DNA of 63,356 bases, filler included, from Rozella allomycis CSF55 (Eukaryota): assembly GCA_000442015.1 (NCBI GenBank). It is 14 parts of 14 records of this genome, joined end to end, with 100 filler letters (N's around TTAATTAATTAA, not from the genome) between each part and the next. Parts side by side here need not be neighbours in the genome. Positions count along the whole stretch, not along the records: positions 22,102 to 31,209 come from KE560874.1; positions 31,310 to 32,755 come from KE560875.1; positions 32,856 to 38,171 come from KE560876.1; 11 more parts are not named here. The stretch is one strand, 5' to 3'. Shown here in pieces: positions 26,489 through 38,271 of the stretch. Position 1 is the stretch's first letter; the number at the start of each line of letters is the position of its first letter. The notes beneath the pieces were generated by a model. That model saw only the letters and a list, made by a program, of their open reading frames with translations, searched no databases and was not told the origin of the DNA. The position numbers were made by a program, and so were the translations under genes.

Positions 26489-26638
26489 TGTAATGTAAAA
26501 AGAAGATATAAAAGTTATTTATGATAAATCACCTGGTTAAGCTCCCAGGAAGATCTTCTTATCTGATCAACATAGGCTTTGGAGATAGACTCTATCAGAT
26601 GCAAATGATAAAGATGATTCGATAAGGTTTACATTACA
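26489..26638 (-). repeat. 150-bp 5' LTR of the gypsy element
   Basis: Bounded by the perfect 11-bp inverted termini TGTAATGTAAA...TTTACATTACA, 25 bp upstream of the gag ATG; a fragment recurs at ~27849-27875. Confidence 0.8.
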
Positions 26639-26649
26639 CCCGCTTCCAC

Positions 26650-27845
26650 AAGACCCAGCAGTCGAGTTACATCCGAGGTGTAGGTTCCACGTTTGATTTC
26701 TTCCGTGGTGTTCTTTTTATCATTTCTCGGAACTTCTTAAAAATTTCTTGGTTGAAAAGATTTTCACCCTGGTCATTTACTGCAGCAGTTCCGTCAAAGG
26801 ACAAAGTTACAAAGTTTGAATTTAAAGTTGAAACAGCTGAATTCTTTTGGTAAGAACCTTTTCTATTATGGATAACTTGTAGTGAGTTCATTTCTGAAAT
26901 GAAGAAGATAAATGTCTCGAGAAACAAAATCACTTGAACAAGACAAACGATATCCTTTTGATCTATAGCATAAGCAACAAAAATACTCCTCAAATCTTGA
27001 ATCCGACTTCTTTCGCGTAGGCTTTTTATTGACAGCAAATGCAGGTTCACCAAAAATTCGATGATGAGATACATCGGGTGTTTCTCCAGTCCAAAGTTCT
27101 GAAGCAGGTTTAGAGTCGTTATTGAAAGATAAAGAAGAGATGTTGTGAATGTAAACTTGATTTGCTANGAACCTTTTCTATTATGGATAACTTGTAGTGA
27201 GTTCATTTCTGAAATGAAGAAGATAAATGTCTCGAGAAACAAAATCACTTGAACAAGACAAACGATATCCTTTTGATCTATAGCATAAGCAACAAAAATA
27301 CTCCTCAAATCTTGAATCCGACTTCTTTCGCGTAGGCTTTTTATTGACAGCAAATGCAGGTTCACCAAAAATTCGATGATNGTTTGGTTGGTGTGAAGTA
27401 TAGGCAGAATACGTCGGACCATGTATAAGGGCAAATCAATGCTACACAATGAATCACTTGAGCTTCTATAACTTGCAACATCAATAAATTCTGAGATGAA
27501 CTTGAGTCAATAATATTCCCANCAAATTCTATTTAGTCTTTCAGCTATTCCATTTCGTTGAGATGTATAGGAAGTTGTTGTTTGAATTTGAGTTCCATTT
27601 TGAAAACAAAGTTCTTTTATTTGATTAGATAATAATTCACCGTTGTCAAAATGTGCAAAAGAAATATGNATAATTTTGAGTTGATAGGAACCAGATACAT
27701 TTCATTCCACATTGAAACATTAGCTACGAGTGATTGAATTTCAAAGCACCAGTCAACTTAGTCAGTCTTTGAGCGTAGAGTAGCTTCGACTTTGTGTTTA
27801 TCAGGAGTGTAAGATACTAATTGACCTTGAGTTGGCATGAGTGCT
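26650..27845 (-). mobile_element. Copia integrase fragments, inverted paralog of 30300-30980
   Basis: Shares QKNSAVSTLNSNFVTLSFD..A.VNDQGEN with the + strand copy; SQRNGIAERLNR motif. Confidence 0.7.
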
Positions 27846-27879
27846 NGCAGATGATTCGATAAGGTTTACATAATACGGC

Positions 27880-29200
27880 ACCAGTAAAACCTCCGGCAGA
27901 GACTGAGGAAAGGTTTACCGCGGAAGAGAGAGGGTAGATCTTTTCCTGCATTACTTTCTTTATGAGCGCATTCATGTATAATAAATAAACAGTGAAAAAC
28001 GTTTTTATTATATTTCATGGGTGGTATTTATACCTCGACCCTGGCGTCACACTTCTTTCCAGACATTTCCTTCTTACTCTTGTTTTTTAGGCTTTGCGGC
28101 TGCGTTATACCCATAACATCGATATTTTTGCTAGGTCGTCACTAAATAATAGGCCGGAAGTGAGAGCAGTCGGATTGCTAATTTTTACACTTCCAACACT
28201 CTCCCTCAATTTGACTGGTCTCCTTACGATACCCATTGATGTTTTATGTCTCTCAAATCCTTCTTTTGACAACCCTTACGTCAATGCGTCCGCTTTCATA
28301 TTTCTTGTGTTCAGATATTCTAGAAAATTCTTCCTTTTTCTATATTATCTCTTATGAAGTGATATATATTTTCTATATGTTTAGTTTTCTCGTTTGATCT
28401 ATAAGTGTGGGCTAATCTTATCGCACTTTGATTGTCTTCATTGATCCTTACTGCTAGGGGTTGCCATCGTCTAGGTATGTCCAATTCTTTAAGTAATTTC
28501 ACATCCATAATCCCTCTTTGCGTGTGTCTGCTAGTGCCATGTATTCCGCGTCTGCCGTGCTCAACGCATTTGTCTTTTGCTTTCGTGTCTTCCAACTCAC
28601 CAGATTCCCATCAATAAATATTAACTATCCTGTTGTACTTATTCATGTATCTTTGTCTGTTGCCCAATCCGCATCACTGAACCCTTCCACTTGTATCCAT
28701 CCGTTTTTCACACTTGCTGGGTCATCGTCACACTTGTAAGTTAGACAAAAATCTTTCGTTTCTTTTAAGTACCTCATGATCCGCTTGACTAATTTCCAAA
28801 GTTGTTACCCTGGATTTGCCACGAACCTACTTGCCATATTCACAGCGCTACTAATTTCAGGCCGTGTCATTGCTTGAATCCATGGAAGGTTTCCGTTTCG
28901 TCTCCTGATATGGTATTTCTTTCAGCCTTTCTTTCTCAGCTTCACTTTGTGGCTTTGTGATGTGCTGTAGTCAGCTCCACTCTCCATTGGCGTGGATAAT
29001 CCTACGCAATCTTCCAATCAAAACTTCTTCAAGGTATTTTCAATACATGCTTCTTGGGATAATCTAATTTTTTTCTATTCTTTATCTTGTTCAATATCTT
29101 TTCCTAGGAAAAGATATTGCACCAATTCAGCTTCCCTAGACCTTTAATTTTGCATTGCGAGTCTAAATATGTTTTTGTCTCAATCAATAAATTCTCACAG
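27880..29200 (-). mobile_element. Copia RT-RNase H 3' end with PPT and LTR
   Basis: TRPEI..AVN, SDADWA.D, INEDNQSAI, KTKHI..YHFIR and KADALT; PPT GAGGGAGAG followed by TGTTGG at 28198 on the minus strand. Confidence 0.8.
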
Positions 29201-29209
29201 GTGGACAAG

Positions 29210-31209
29210 CATTTGACTGACAATCAATGATATAGAAAGAAGAGTGCTAAATGAAAGAAACACTCAGATGATACAAGCTCCAAAATCTGTCTCTGCAACT
29301 GTTTTGATGTCTTGTGAACATTTTTCTGATGAAGCGAAGTGTTTTACCTGTCATCCAAACCTTAAGCCAACGCCTTGTGATCATTTCTTTAACCCTAAAA
29401 AGTGTTGGGTTTGTTATCCAAATTCGAAACGCTCCACTAAAAAGAAAGGCAAAGCCAAAGCCAACGCTGCCGATGCTGAAGATGATTCGAATAAATCCGC
29501 GTCTGAAGCTTACATGTCTTTTCTGTTTGATTCTGGTTCGAATATTCATTTGACAAATCCTTTATCATGTATTACTAACACTAGGCCTTCGCCCATTACT
29601 ATCTCCACTGCTGGTCAGTCTACAATATCAAAAAAGTCAGTAGGAAGGTTGAAGTATGTCTCAAACATAGAAAATGCTCACTATTGTCCTCAAGTATCAA
29701 AGTCTATTATAAGTGCGGGAAGATTATGTGATGCTGGAAGTATTGTTATGCTAAATGAAAAACGTTGTTATGTATTGAAGGCAACAGATGAGATATTTGG
29801 TGCTATTGGTAATATTATTGACTCAAGTTCATCTCAGAATTTATTGATGTTGCAAGGTTATAGAAGCTTAAGTGATTTTGCCCCTTGTACATGGTCAGAA
29901 ATATTCTGCCTATACTTCACACCAACCAAATAAGCTTACCTTATCTGAGCCTCTTCATAGATTTAATCATTTATCTCCAAAATATTTACAAAGGCTTGTT
30001 GGTTCATCCATAGTAACTGGTCTTGTTGTTGACAACAAATTATCGGAAGATGTGAAGAATTTTGATTGTATTTCTTGTATTCATGGAAAGGCAACAAGAA
30101 TTCCGTTTTCTCTAGGCGTATCAACTAAAGCATGAAGACCAGGCAACGAGACAGTTCATATTGATGTTTGCGGTCCGTTATCATCTCTAACCTATCATGG
30201 ATTCAAATATTTTGTTTCCTTTACTGATGATTATCCAAGATATGTGACGGTTTTTTCTTCTTAAAGCAAGGTCGGATGCGTTTGATGCATACCGACAATA
30301 TTCAAGAGGAGTCTTTAATCTTTTCAATCGTCATATGTCTTTTGCACATTTTGAAAATGGTGAATTATTATCTAATCAAATGAAAGAACTTTGGTTACAA
30401 AATGGATCTAAATTCAAACAAAAACTTCTTATACATCTCAACAAAATGGAATAGCTGAAAGACTAAATAGAACTCTTCTTAATTCTGTCAGATCTATGTT
30501 ACATCATAGTAATTTGCCTTTTACATTATGGTCTGAAGCTTTAGCAAATCAAGTTTACATTCACAATATCTCTCCTTAATCTTTCAATAGCTACTCTAAA
30601 ACTGCTTCAGAACTTTGGACTGGGAAAACTCCTGACGTCTCTCATCTTCGAATGTTTGGTGAAACTGCATTTGTTGTCAATAAAAAGCCAAGGAGAAAAA
30701 CATTGGATTCAATATGTGGGGAATATATTTTTGTTGGTTATGCTACAGATCAAAAGGGATATCGTTTGATGAGTCTCTCTTGTTCAAGTGTTGTTGTTTC
30801 TCGAGACGTATATTTTCTTTATTTCATGAATGCACTACAAATTATCCAAAATAGAAAAGGTTATTACCAAAAGAATTCAGCTGTTTCAACTTTAAATTCA
30901 AACTTTGTAACTTTGTCCTTTGACAAAACTGCTGAAGTGAATGACCAGGGTGAAAATTTTTTTCAACCAAGAAATTTCTAAAGACCCAAGTTGCTAATTT
31001 TCATTTTGATAAAGATTCGCTTTCGACTCCCGTCTCGAATATGGTTTCTATTCGCATGCTCCTTTCGATCGCAGCAACCCAAGATCTTGAAATTCATCAA
31101 CTTGAAGTAAAAACTGCTTTTCGTCTTGCACCTTTAGACCAGCCCGTGTATGTGATGATTCCAGATGGTTAAGGAATAACTTTAGGCAATAGCAAGATTT
31201 GTCTTTTGA
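29210..31209 (+). mobile_element. Degenerate copia gag-PR-IN-RT
   Basis: FLFDSGSNIHL, HRFNHLS, C.SCIHGKATR, VHIDVCGP, QQNGIAERLNRTL, FVGY....KGYR and LEIHQLEVKTAF. Confidence 0.85.
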
Positions 31210-31309
31210 NNNNNNNNNNNNNNNNNNNNNNNNNNNNNNNNNNNNNNNNNNNNTTAATTAATTAANNNNNNNNNNNNNNNNNNNNNNNNNNNNNNNNNNN
31301 NNNNNNNNN

Positions 31310-31719
31310 AAAATAAGGCCACCAAACTTACACGTCGTTTATCTTTTTGACCTCCATGTTGTCTCAATCTGTTATACTGCATTGCATCAGTCGCAATGTC
31401 AGATATGAATTTCTGTGCAGTAATGGCCAACAGACGCTTTCTAATTATTTACCAACTATTTCACTTTACAATCTAACATCTTCAAGTTGAACTCCAGATT
31501 TCATTAAATAAAAGTCTGTAACAGCATCCGGAATCTTTTTTATGTGCATAATCTAAATACCAATGGCGGATAGTCATCCATAAGATTCAGAAGGTTTGTA
31601 AGAGCTGAATTATCTTTTTCATCTTCATCTTTAATTCTAGACCACTTTTTTATCATGTGAGAGAATTCTTCTGCGTTTTGGGGATTCTGGGTACTGTTGT
31701 CGTTGTTTCCGTCGTTCAT
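31310..31719 (-). CDS. TAF10: TFIID/SAGA subunit TAF10, multi-exon, 3' truncated; absent from the ORF track
   Basis: Spliced translation LMDDYPPL-IPDAVTDFYLMKSG....DVRL-KRLLAITAQKFISDIATDAMQY. Confidence 0.9.
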
Positions 31720-31810
31720 GAAATTTTGAAAATGGAAATAATCTCGCGACTAGCGATTGGAGATCATGAATCAAAAAATTATTTTATTCAAGCTAATGGT
31801 AAAGACGCCT

Positions 31811-32327
31811 TTACCAACGATAAAAATGATTGCAATAACCACTTGGATTTTTTGCTAGGTACTTTTGATGATATTCTTCAGCCGAATAAAATGTAGTAGC
31901 TGGCACAATACTAGTCACTATTTTGTTTTCAAAGTGTTTCTGAACCTCTGGTATGACACTCTCGGCAATTTCTTTTTGCTGCGGACTATGATAGAAAATT
32001 GCTGATCTGTATTGCGTCCCTTTATCATTCCCTTGTCTTATTTTAAAAAATGATAATAAATTACTCGTTCAAGGTGGTTGGGTCGTGAATACGGAAAAAG
32101 AGGGTGACAAGTTCTTTGTATGATGTATTTGAGGTGTCATACATTATTTGAAGAGCTTCTGCATGGCCCGTGGCTCCCGAACAGACCTCTTTGTAGGAAG
32201 GATCAGACTTAGATCCACCTGTATATCCTACTTTTGACCAGACAATGGATTGTTGAAAATGTTTCAGAAAATACTTTTCTACTCCCCAAAAACAGCCAGC
32301 AGCAAAAGTAGCCAGTTCTTGCGTCAT
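31811..32327 (-). CDS. MSRA: Peptide methionine sulfoxide reductase A
   Basis: ATFAAGCFWGVE, VGYTGG, Y.EVCSG.TGHAEA, HDPTTLN; after a short intron QGNDKGTQYRSAIFY, AEEYHQKYL.KNP.GYCNH. Confidence 0.93.
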
Positions 32328-32409
32328 TGATAAAATGGCGAAATATACTGAATGATCAAATCTAGATAAAACACATTTTTATTCTAAAGATTTTCATCAA
32401 ATGTATCAC

Positions 32410-32755
32410 TTTCGTTATGAAATCTGAATCGCTTCCTTTTTTGCAATGAAATATTAAATGTTACTTGATATACTTCTTCTAAATCGCCCAGCGAGTCCTT
32501 TTTGATGTTAATTTTTGTGGGATTCCTAGAATGTTTTTTTAACATCTCTTTAAAGTGTCTAGCCTTAATAAAAAATCCGAAAATGCATTACTTCATGTGA
32601 CGCAATTATGGAAATAGATTTGCCATGCTTCCCCGCCCTCGCAGTTCTTCCGCTTCTGTGAACGTAAGTTTTAAAGTTTGACGGGCAATCGTAATTTATT
32701 ACACAGTTAATGTCGTCCAAGTCCACCCCACGAGCTATACTATCAGAACAAACCA
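32410..32755 (-). CDS. DEAD-box RNA helicase C-terminal fragment, DBP6/DDX51-like
   Basis: VCSDSIARG/VDL, VINYDCP..FKTYVHRSGRTARAG (motif VI) and ARHFKEML; one apparent homopolymer frameshift; stop position approximate. Confidence 0.75.
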
Positions 32756-33302
32756 NNNNNNNNNNNNNNNNNNNNNNNNNNNNNNNNNNNNNNNNNNNNT
32801 TAATTAATTAANNNNNNNNNNNNNNNNNNNNNNNNNNNNNNNNNNNNNNNNNNNNTTCGGAAAGCCGGCAAAAGATCTTGAGAGGACACACGGAGAAATA
32901 CAGTGTAGATAATAATCTAGACATAATCCATGTTCATAACACCTCCTTCATCATACCGCATGATAAGGATAGCACCACACATTATATCGCAAATAATAAC
33001 GCAAATAATAATCAATTTTGCACTCCGAGTCATAATTGAGCTTACACATTATTATCCTTGCGAATAATCACATATAGTAATCGAGTGTCCATTCCGTATG
33101 ATACTCGCACTGCACATTATTATATCCACATGAACAACCATATAATAATCAAGTGATCACTCTGAGTGATATTTGCTTACACATTATTATATCCNATCTT
33201 TGATAATTATTCTAAGGAAGGTGGGATGACTGATGAGATCACTCTATGAAATGGGATGAGAATTCCTGGTACGACATTACCCCCTTCCAGTAGCTGGAGG
33301 CN

Positions 33303-33512
33303 TCAGTTTTGCAACAGGTGCAAATATTTCAGAGTAATCTACTCCCATTTTCTGTGTACACGCTTTAATAACCAACCTAGCTTTAAATCTTTCAACTGTA
33401 CCATCAGTATTATATTTAAATTTAAGTACCCATTTACATCCTATTGGTTTTCTATCTTTGGATAATTCTGTTAATAACCATGTATTATTATTCATTAATG
33501 AGCGATATTCCT
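33303..33512 (-). mobile_element. Copia RT fragment between n joins
   Basis: NNTWLLTEL...[11 protein letters not shown]...[11 protein letters not shown]...[11 protein letters not shown]. Confidence 0.85.
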
Positions 33513-34072
33513 NCACTTTCTATTGTTAAATTTATTTTATCAATAAGTTATTTTATCAATAAGTTAAATTTAGTATTAAATAAATTTTCAGATATATTCT
33601 CATTTTCTTCTCTTAAAATTAGTCTTATTCTTTTTATACCATTATTTGCTGTTGAACTTATGTCTTTAACTGACATATTATTATTATCACTATAGATTAA
33701 TCTTTTTTTCGTTCGATTGGTTGATATGATTCTCACTCGATTTAAATTCAAAATATGCTTAAAAACAGTGTTTGTTGGACAATCAACCAACATAACTTTC
33801 TCATCATTTAATTCACAAAATCGATTTGTCGTGATCACATCAGGATATTTATTCACGGNCTGGCCGTCCATCAGATCAGACTGTAAAAACATAGTCCAGA
33901 GCTGCATAGATTGTCAAAGGTTCAATATAGTAAAGATTGGATTTCATCCGTTGAAATCCACAACTTGTATGTTACCATTCGACGAGATCTCAATGGACTT
34001 AAAAGAATTTCCATTATAGAGTAATTTAAAAGAAAACTAATAAATAAACTCTTTTAGAGCAGTGAAAAACTN

Positions 34073-35845
34073 ACTGACTCGTCAGATTTTGCCCTTGGGG
34101 CAGTTTTAACAAAGTTAGGAACCGATGGGTTACAGCACCCGGTAGCATTCCACTCTCGTAAGTTTACTCCGGCTGAATTGAATTACCCAATACACAACAA
34201 AGAGCTTCTCGCCATTAAAGAAGCCTGCGAAACATGGAGACATTACCTGCTTGAGGCTAGCCACCAAGTGGTAGTTATCACTGATCATTTAAACCTCGAG
34301 TATTTCATGAAGAGCAAGATTTTGAATCGGCGACAAACTCTCTGGGCGCTGTGTTGTGTCAATTAACGCAGTGTTTCCTACATCGACGTTTTCAAATGAA
34401 GATCTTCAGGCCGAATTACTTGATGATCCGATCTTTAAAGAGAAGTCGCAGAGCCCTAAATCACCTTGAAAGACGCATAATGGCTTACTGTATTGGAATT
34501 CAAAGCTCTACATACCTAAGGGTCCATTGCTTGAAGAGTGCCATGATAGCAAAATTGCTGGACATTTTGGGATACGCAAGACTATCGACCTCATGCGTAG
34601 AAGATTTTGCTGGATTGGTATGAACAAAGATATTGCAGAATTCGTCAAATCGTGTCACGTTTGTGCGCAGAACAAGGTACCGCGACAAGTCAAACAAGTT
34701 TTGTTACAGCCACTACCATTTGCCAACGCTTTCTGGATTGACTTATCCGTTGATTTTATTACTGACCTACCTCGCTCAAGAAGTCGCGATTCAATTATGG
34801 TTGTTGTTGATAGAAGGACGAAAATGGCACACTTCGTTGGATGCAATAAGAATATAACTTCTGAAGGTGCTGCAAGATTGTTTATTGAACATGTGTTTAG
34901 ACTTCACGGCTTTCCAAAGACAATTGTTTCAGACAGAGGCCCACAATGTGTTGCAAAATTTTGGAAAAATTTGCTAAACCTGTGCGTCATCAAACCACTG
35001 TTATCAAGTGCATTTTACCCTGAGCCCGATAGACAGACTGAGAGAGTCAATCAGATACTAGAACAATACTTAAGGAGCTTTGTGAATGAAAAACAGAACA
35101 ACTGGTTTGACCTACTACCATTCGCTGAATTCTCATACAACAACTCATCTCATTCTGGCACAACGAGCAGCCCATTCTTCGCTAAGTACGCCTTTCATCT
35201 GCGCATGAGCTTTGCAGACACACAGGAATCGAATAATCCAGCAGCTGTGGACTTAGTAGAATCAATGAAGAATGTGAATTTATTTTTAAGCAAAACACTT
35301 GAACGAAGTCGGGACTCGATGGTCGAATCAGCGAACAAACATAGACGTGACGTACAATTTAACATAGGTGATCAAGTACATTTAAGAAACAAGCATATTA
35401 AGAGCGCTAGACCGTCGAAGAAGCTAGATTTTAATTATGTCGGACCCTTTACCATTTTAGAAAAGATAAACGAAGTCGCCTATCGCATTCAACTTCCACC
35501 GAAATCCCGCCTTCATGACGTATTCCACGTATCCCTACTCAAGGCCGCTAATAATATTCGAGATTCATCCATAGCTGAAACCACGAAACCTTTGTCGCAC
35601 ATTGAACCGCTTTATGAAATTGACTACATCGTTGATTCTAAATTTATACGAAACCAACTCCATTACCTAATTCACTGGAGAGATTACGATGCTTCTGAAA
35701 GAACATGGGAACCGGCGAAGCCTATTTACGAAACGTTCCCAATCTTGGCTTCCGACTTTCATACCGCACAACCCGACCGCCCGCGGCCTAGAGGGGGAGT
35801 GATGTTAGGATCCAAATTCTAACATGATATTTTAGATTCTACNTA
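34073..35845 (+). mobile_element. Chromovirus (Ty3/gypsy) RNase H-integrase-chromodomain, PPT and LTR start
   Basis: TDSSDFALGAVL, NYPIHNKELLAI, HD...AGHFG..KT, C.VC, SVDFITDLP, IVSDRGPQ, GPF; chromodomain YEIDYIVDSK......YLIHWRDY...E.TWEP; AGAGGGGGAG then TG at ~35800. Confidence 0.92.
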
Positions 35846-36117
35846 TCGGCAGCAGGTGGATCATTTTGTCTTGCCAGATTAAAGTTAACCATTTCATCAG
35901 ACTTGCGTTGGCGGAGATGTTCATCCATGCGAACAGCCATCTTAAAGTACTTTTCAAGAGAGTCTTCCTTCTCAAGTTTCCCAACAAGCAAATCCTTGAT
36001 GTCGTGATTCAACGATTTCAGAAAGGTACGCGTTCCATCCAGTCAATGGGTAGAGTCGTTGGTACTTTCCATCCAGTCAATGGGTAGAGTCGTTGGTACT
36101 CCGCTACGAATGCGGCN

Positions 36118-36916
36118 GGAAGTTCCGGTAACAGCAAGTACCAACTACTGTAGTGGATAAGGAACCAGCTAAACCAATCGCGGACGACGCGATGGAAACC
36201 GACTCTTTTGATGAAGTCAATTACGATGAGGACGTCGAAGACATCACTCCCGTCATTGACACCTCAAAAGTAATGGAGAGCCTCCGGGCATCATTGGGGA
36301 AGTTAAAAATAAGCTAGCAGCACTTGTAGCTGTTCGCTTAACTGAGGGCCCGTCAGAGTCATTGGACGGAGATATCAACGCCCTTCAAGAGGAGATTTTT
36401 AAAAGTACGAGACGTCTCGGGTTATTGGATGATGCTCCGGCATCAAGTAATAACGAAAGTCCACTAACCACTGTGATTGCTCAATAAAGATCAGAAAGTG
36501 ATCTCCGCAGTACACAAACTGACTGTATCCTAACTTAAAACCTGCTGATGACAATAACATTGAGAAATATTTGCAAAGGTGAACAAACAAAGCATTTACT
36601 TAGGCTCTTCGCTCATAATAACGAGTCTGTCGCACAATGGTTAACAGGGCACAATGAATTAAATCCTCTCTGCAACTGGGATGTCTTGAAAAACGATCTA
36701 TGGAAAGAGTTTCTCTCTCCCTATTGGAGATCCGAAAGATACTCCAAGATATTCAAAATACAGTACTACCATGGAGAAAGAGTGCCGGAATTCATTGGAC
36801 GATTTAAGACCTCTTGACGGAGAACAATATCGCCTTTACTGATCCGGAACCACAACATAATCTCTTAAAAGAACTCCGTTTCTCAAAGCTTCCGGATTCT
36901 GTAAAAAGAGTGCTAA
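36118..36916 (+). mobile_element. Gypsy-like gag fragment, same family as 38272-39470
   Basis: LLRLFAHNNESVAQWL..HNELNP.C.WD.LKNDL.KEFLSPYW shared with the minus-strand copy. Confidence 0.7.
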
Positions 36917-36977
36917 NAAATTAATTTATTGTTGACATCACGAAGGTTATTTTAGAATTCAGCCACAAAAATCAGTG

Positions 36978-37709
36978 ATGAATTTGTTTGCGTCTATTAA
37001 GTGGCTCGCACCTTGCATTCTCCTTTCGTTTTTCTTTATTACATTTGCTCGCTACATTTTATCCCAGCCACTATTGCAGATGGTGCAAGACTCGGATGAA
37101 TATGAAAAGATTGAAATCATAAAGAATGCTGCTGATTTGGATAGCATTGCGAAAGAACATAGGGCATTTACAGGTTCATTGAGAACGGCATGCTGGGAAA
37201 ATTCAAAAATTGTTCCCGGTAGAGACCCAGAACGATGGAGGTACGATGCCGTAGGGAACGTTGTGGCAAGAAAACTTGTAGGCTGTGAAGGGGTGCTTTG
37301 TCATGAATATGATCACATTATTCCTTACTCAAAGGGTAATCGCTATGGATTAATATAAGGGCAGGTGGAAAAACTGAGGTCGAAAACTGCCAGCTTTTAC
37401 AAACAAGAGTAAATCGTTTAAAGGGAGCTGATGATAATAATCCCGAGAGAAATCATTTATATAGTGCTGCCTATTCATTCAATGGTAATGAAACCCTATA
37501 GGTTCTAAAAGAATCTGAATTGGATTCAATTGAAATGGCAATATATGGAGATGTAAAGTNTGGCAATATATGGAGATGTCAAATCAACTTCAAAAATCTG
37601 CCGCTGTAAAAGCTTTTTAGAATTTACGGAAGAATGGAAGAACAAAAAGAAAACAAAAAGGATGAAGGAGTTTGACAAAATGAAAAATTGCACCAGAGAA
37701 AATCCTTAA
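36978..37709 (+). CDS. HNH endonuclease-domain protein of the plant-type 'PGRxPERWR' family, with an N-terminal hydrophobic segment
   Basis: CW.....VPGRDPERWRYDAVGNVV, C.G.LCHEYDHIIPYSKG (intron 37336-37364) GKTEVENCQLLQTRVNR.K, ELD.IEMAIYGDV and CRC. Confidence 0.85.
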
Positions 37710-38271
37710 AAGGCTTTTAATATTCTTGTGTGACTGCATTTGTATAAAAAATTCTACGATTTATCTTTCTTTTTCNGCACAACCCTTCGAGAAAGGGCAC
37801 AATGAGCGCTTATGTTCACAACAGGAGAATAGATCTCCGTGAAGAATTTCCTGAAGAACTCTTGGACGAAGACGAGATTATCGTTCCAGGAACAATTCAA
37901 TTCAATATGGTTAAGAATTTAAACCCCGTCAAATTTCTCTACACCGCCGTGGCAGTGAATGGGGTCAATGCGCGTGCAGGAATTGACTCCATGAGTACAC
38001 ATTCGCTCATCTCTCAGGCCATGATACCAGAGCTTTCCATTAAAGTGCGTCCAGTGAAGGGTGTACTACATTTGGCCGNTTTTCTCTTTTTTCTTCTTGC
38101 CCAGTTTAGTTTTCTTATCCTTTGGAGAATCGCGCTTCTTCCTTTTTTCTTTCTTTGATTCTTTCGAATCTNNNNNNNNNNNNNNNNNNNNNNNNNNNNN
38201 NNNNNNNNNNNNNNNTTAATTAATTAANNNNNNNNNNNNNNNNNNNNNNNNNNNNNNNNNNNNNNNNNNNN

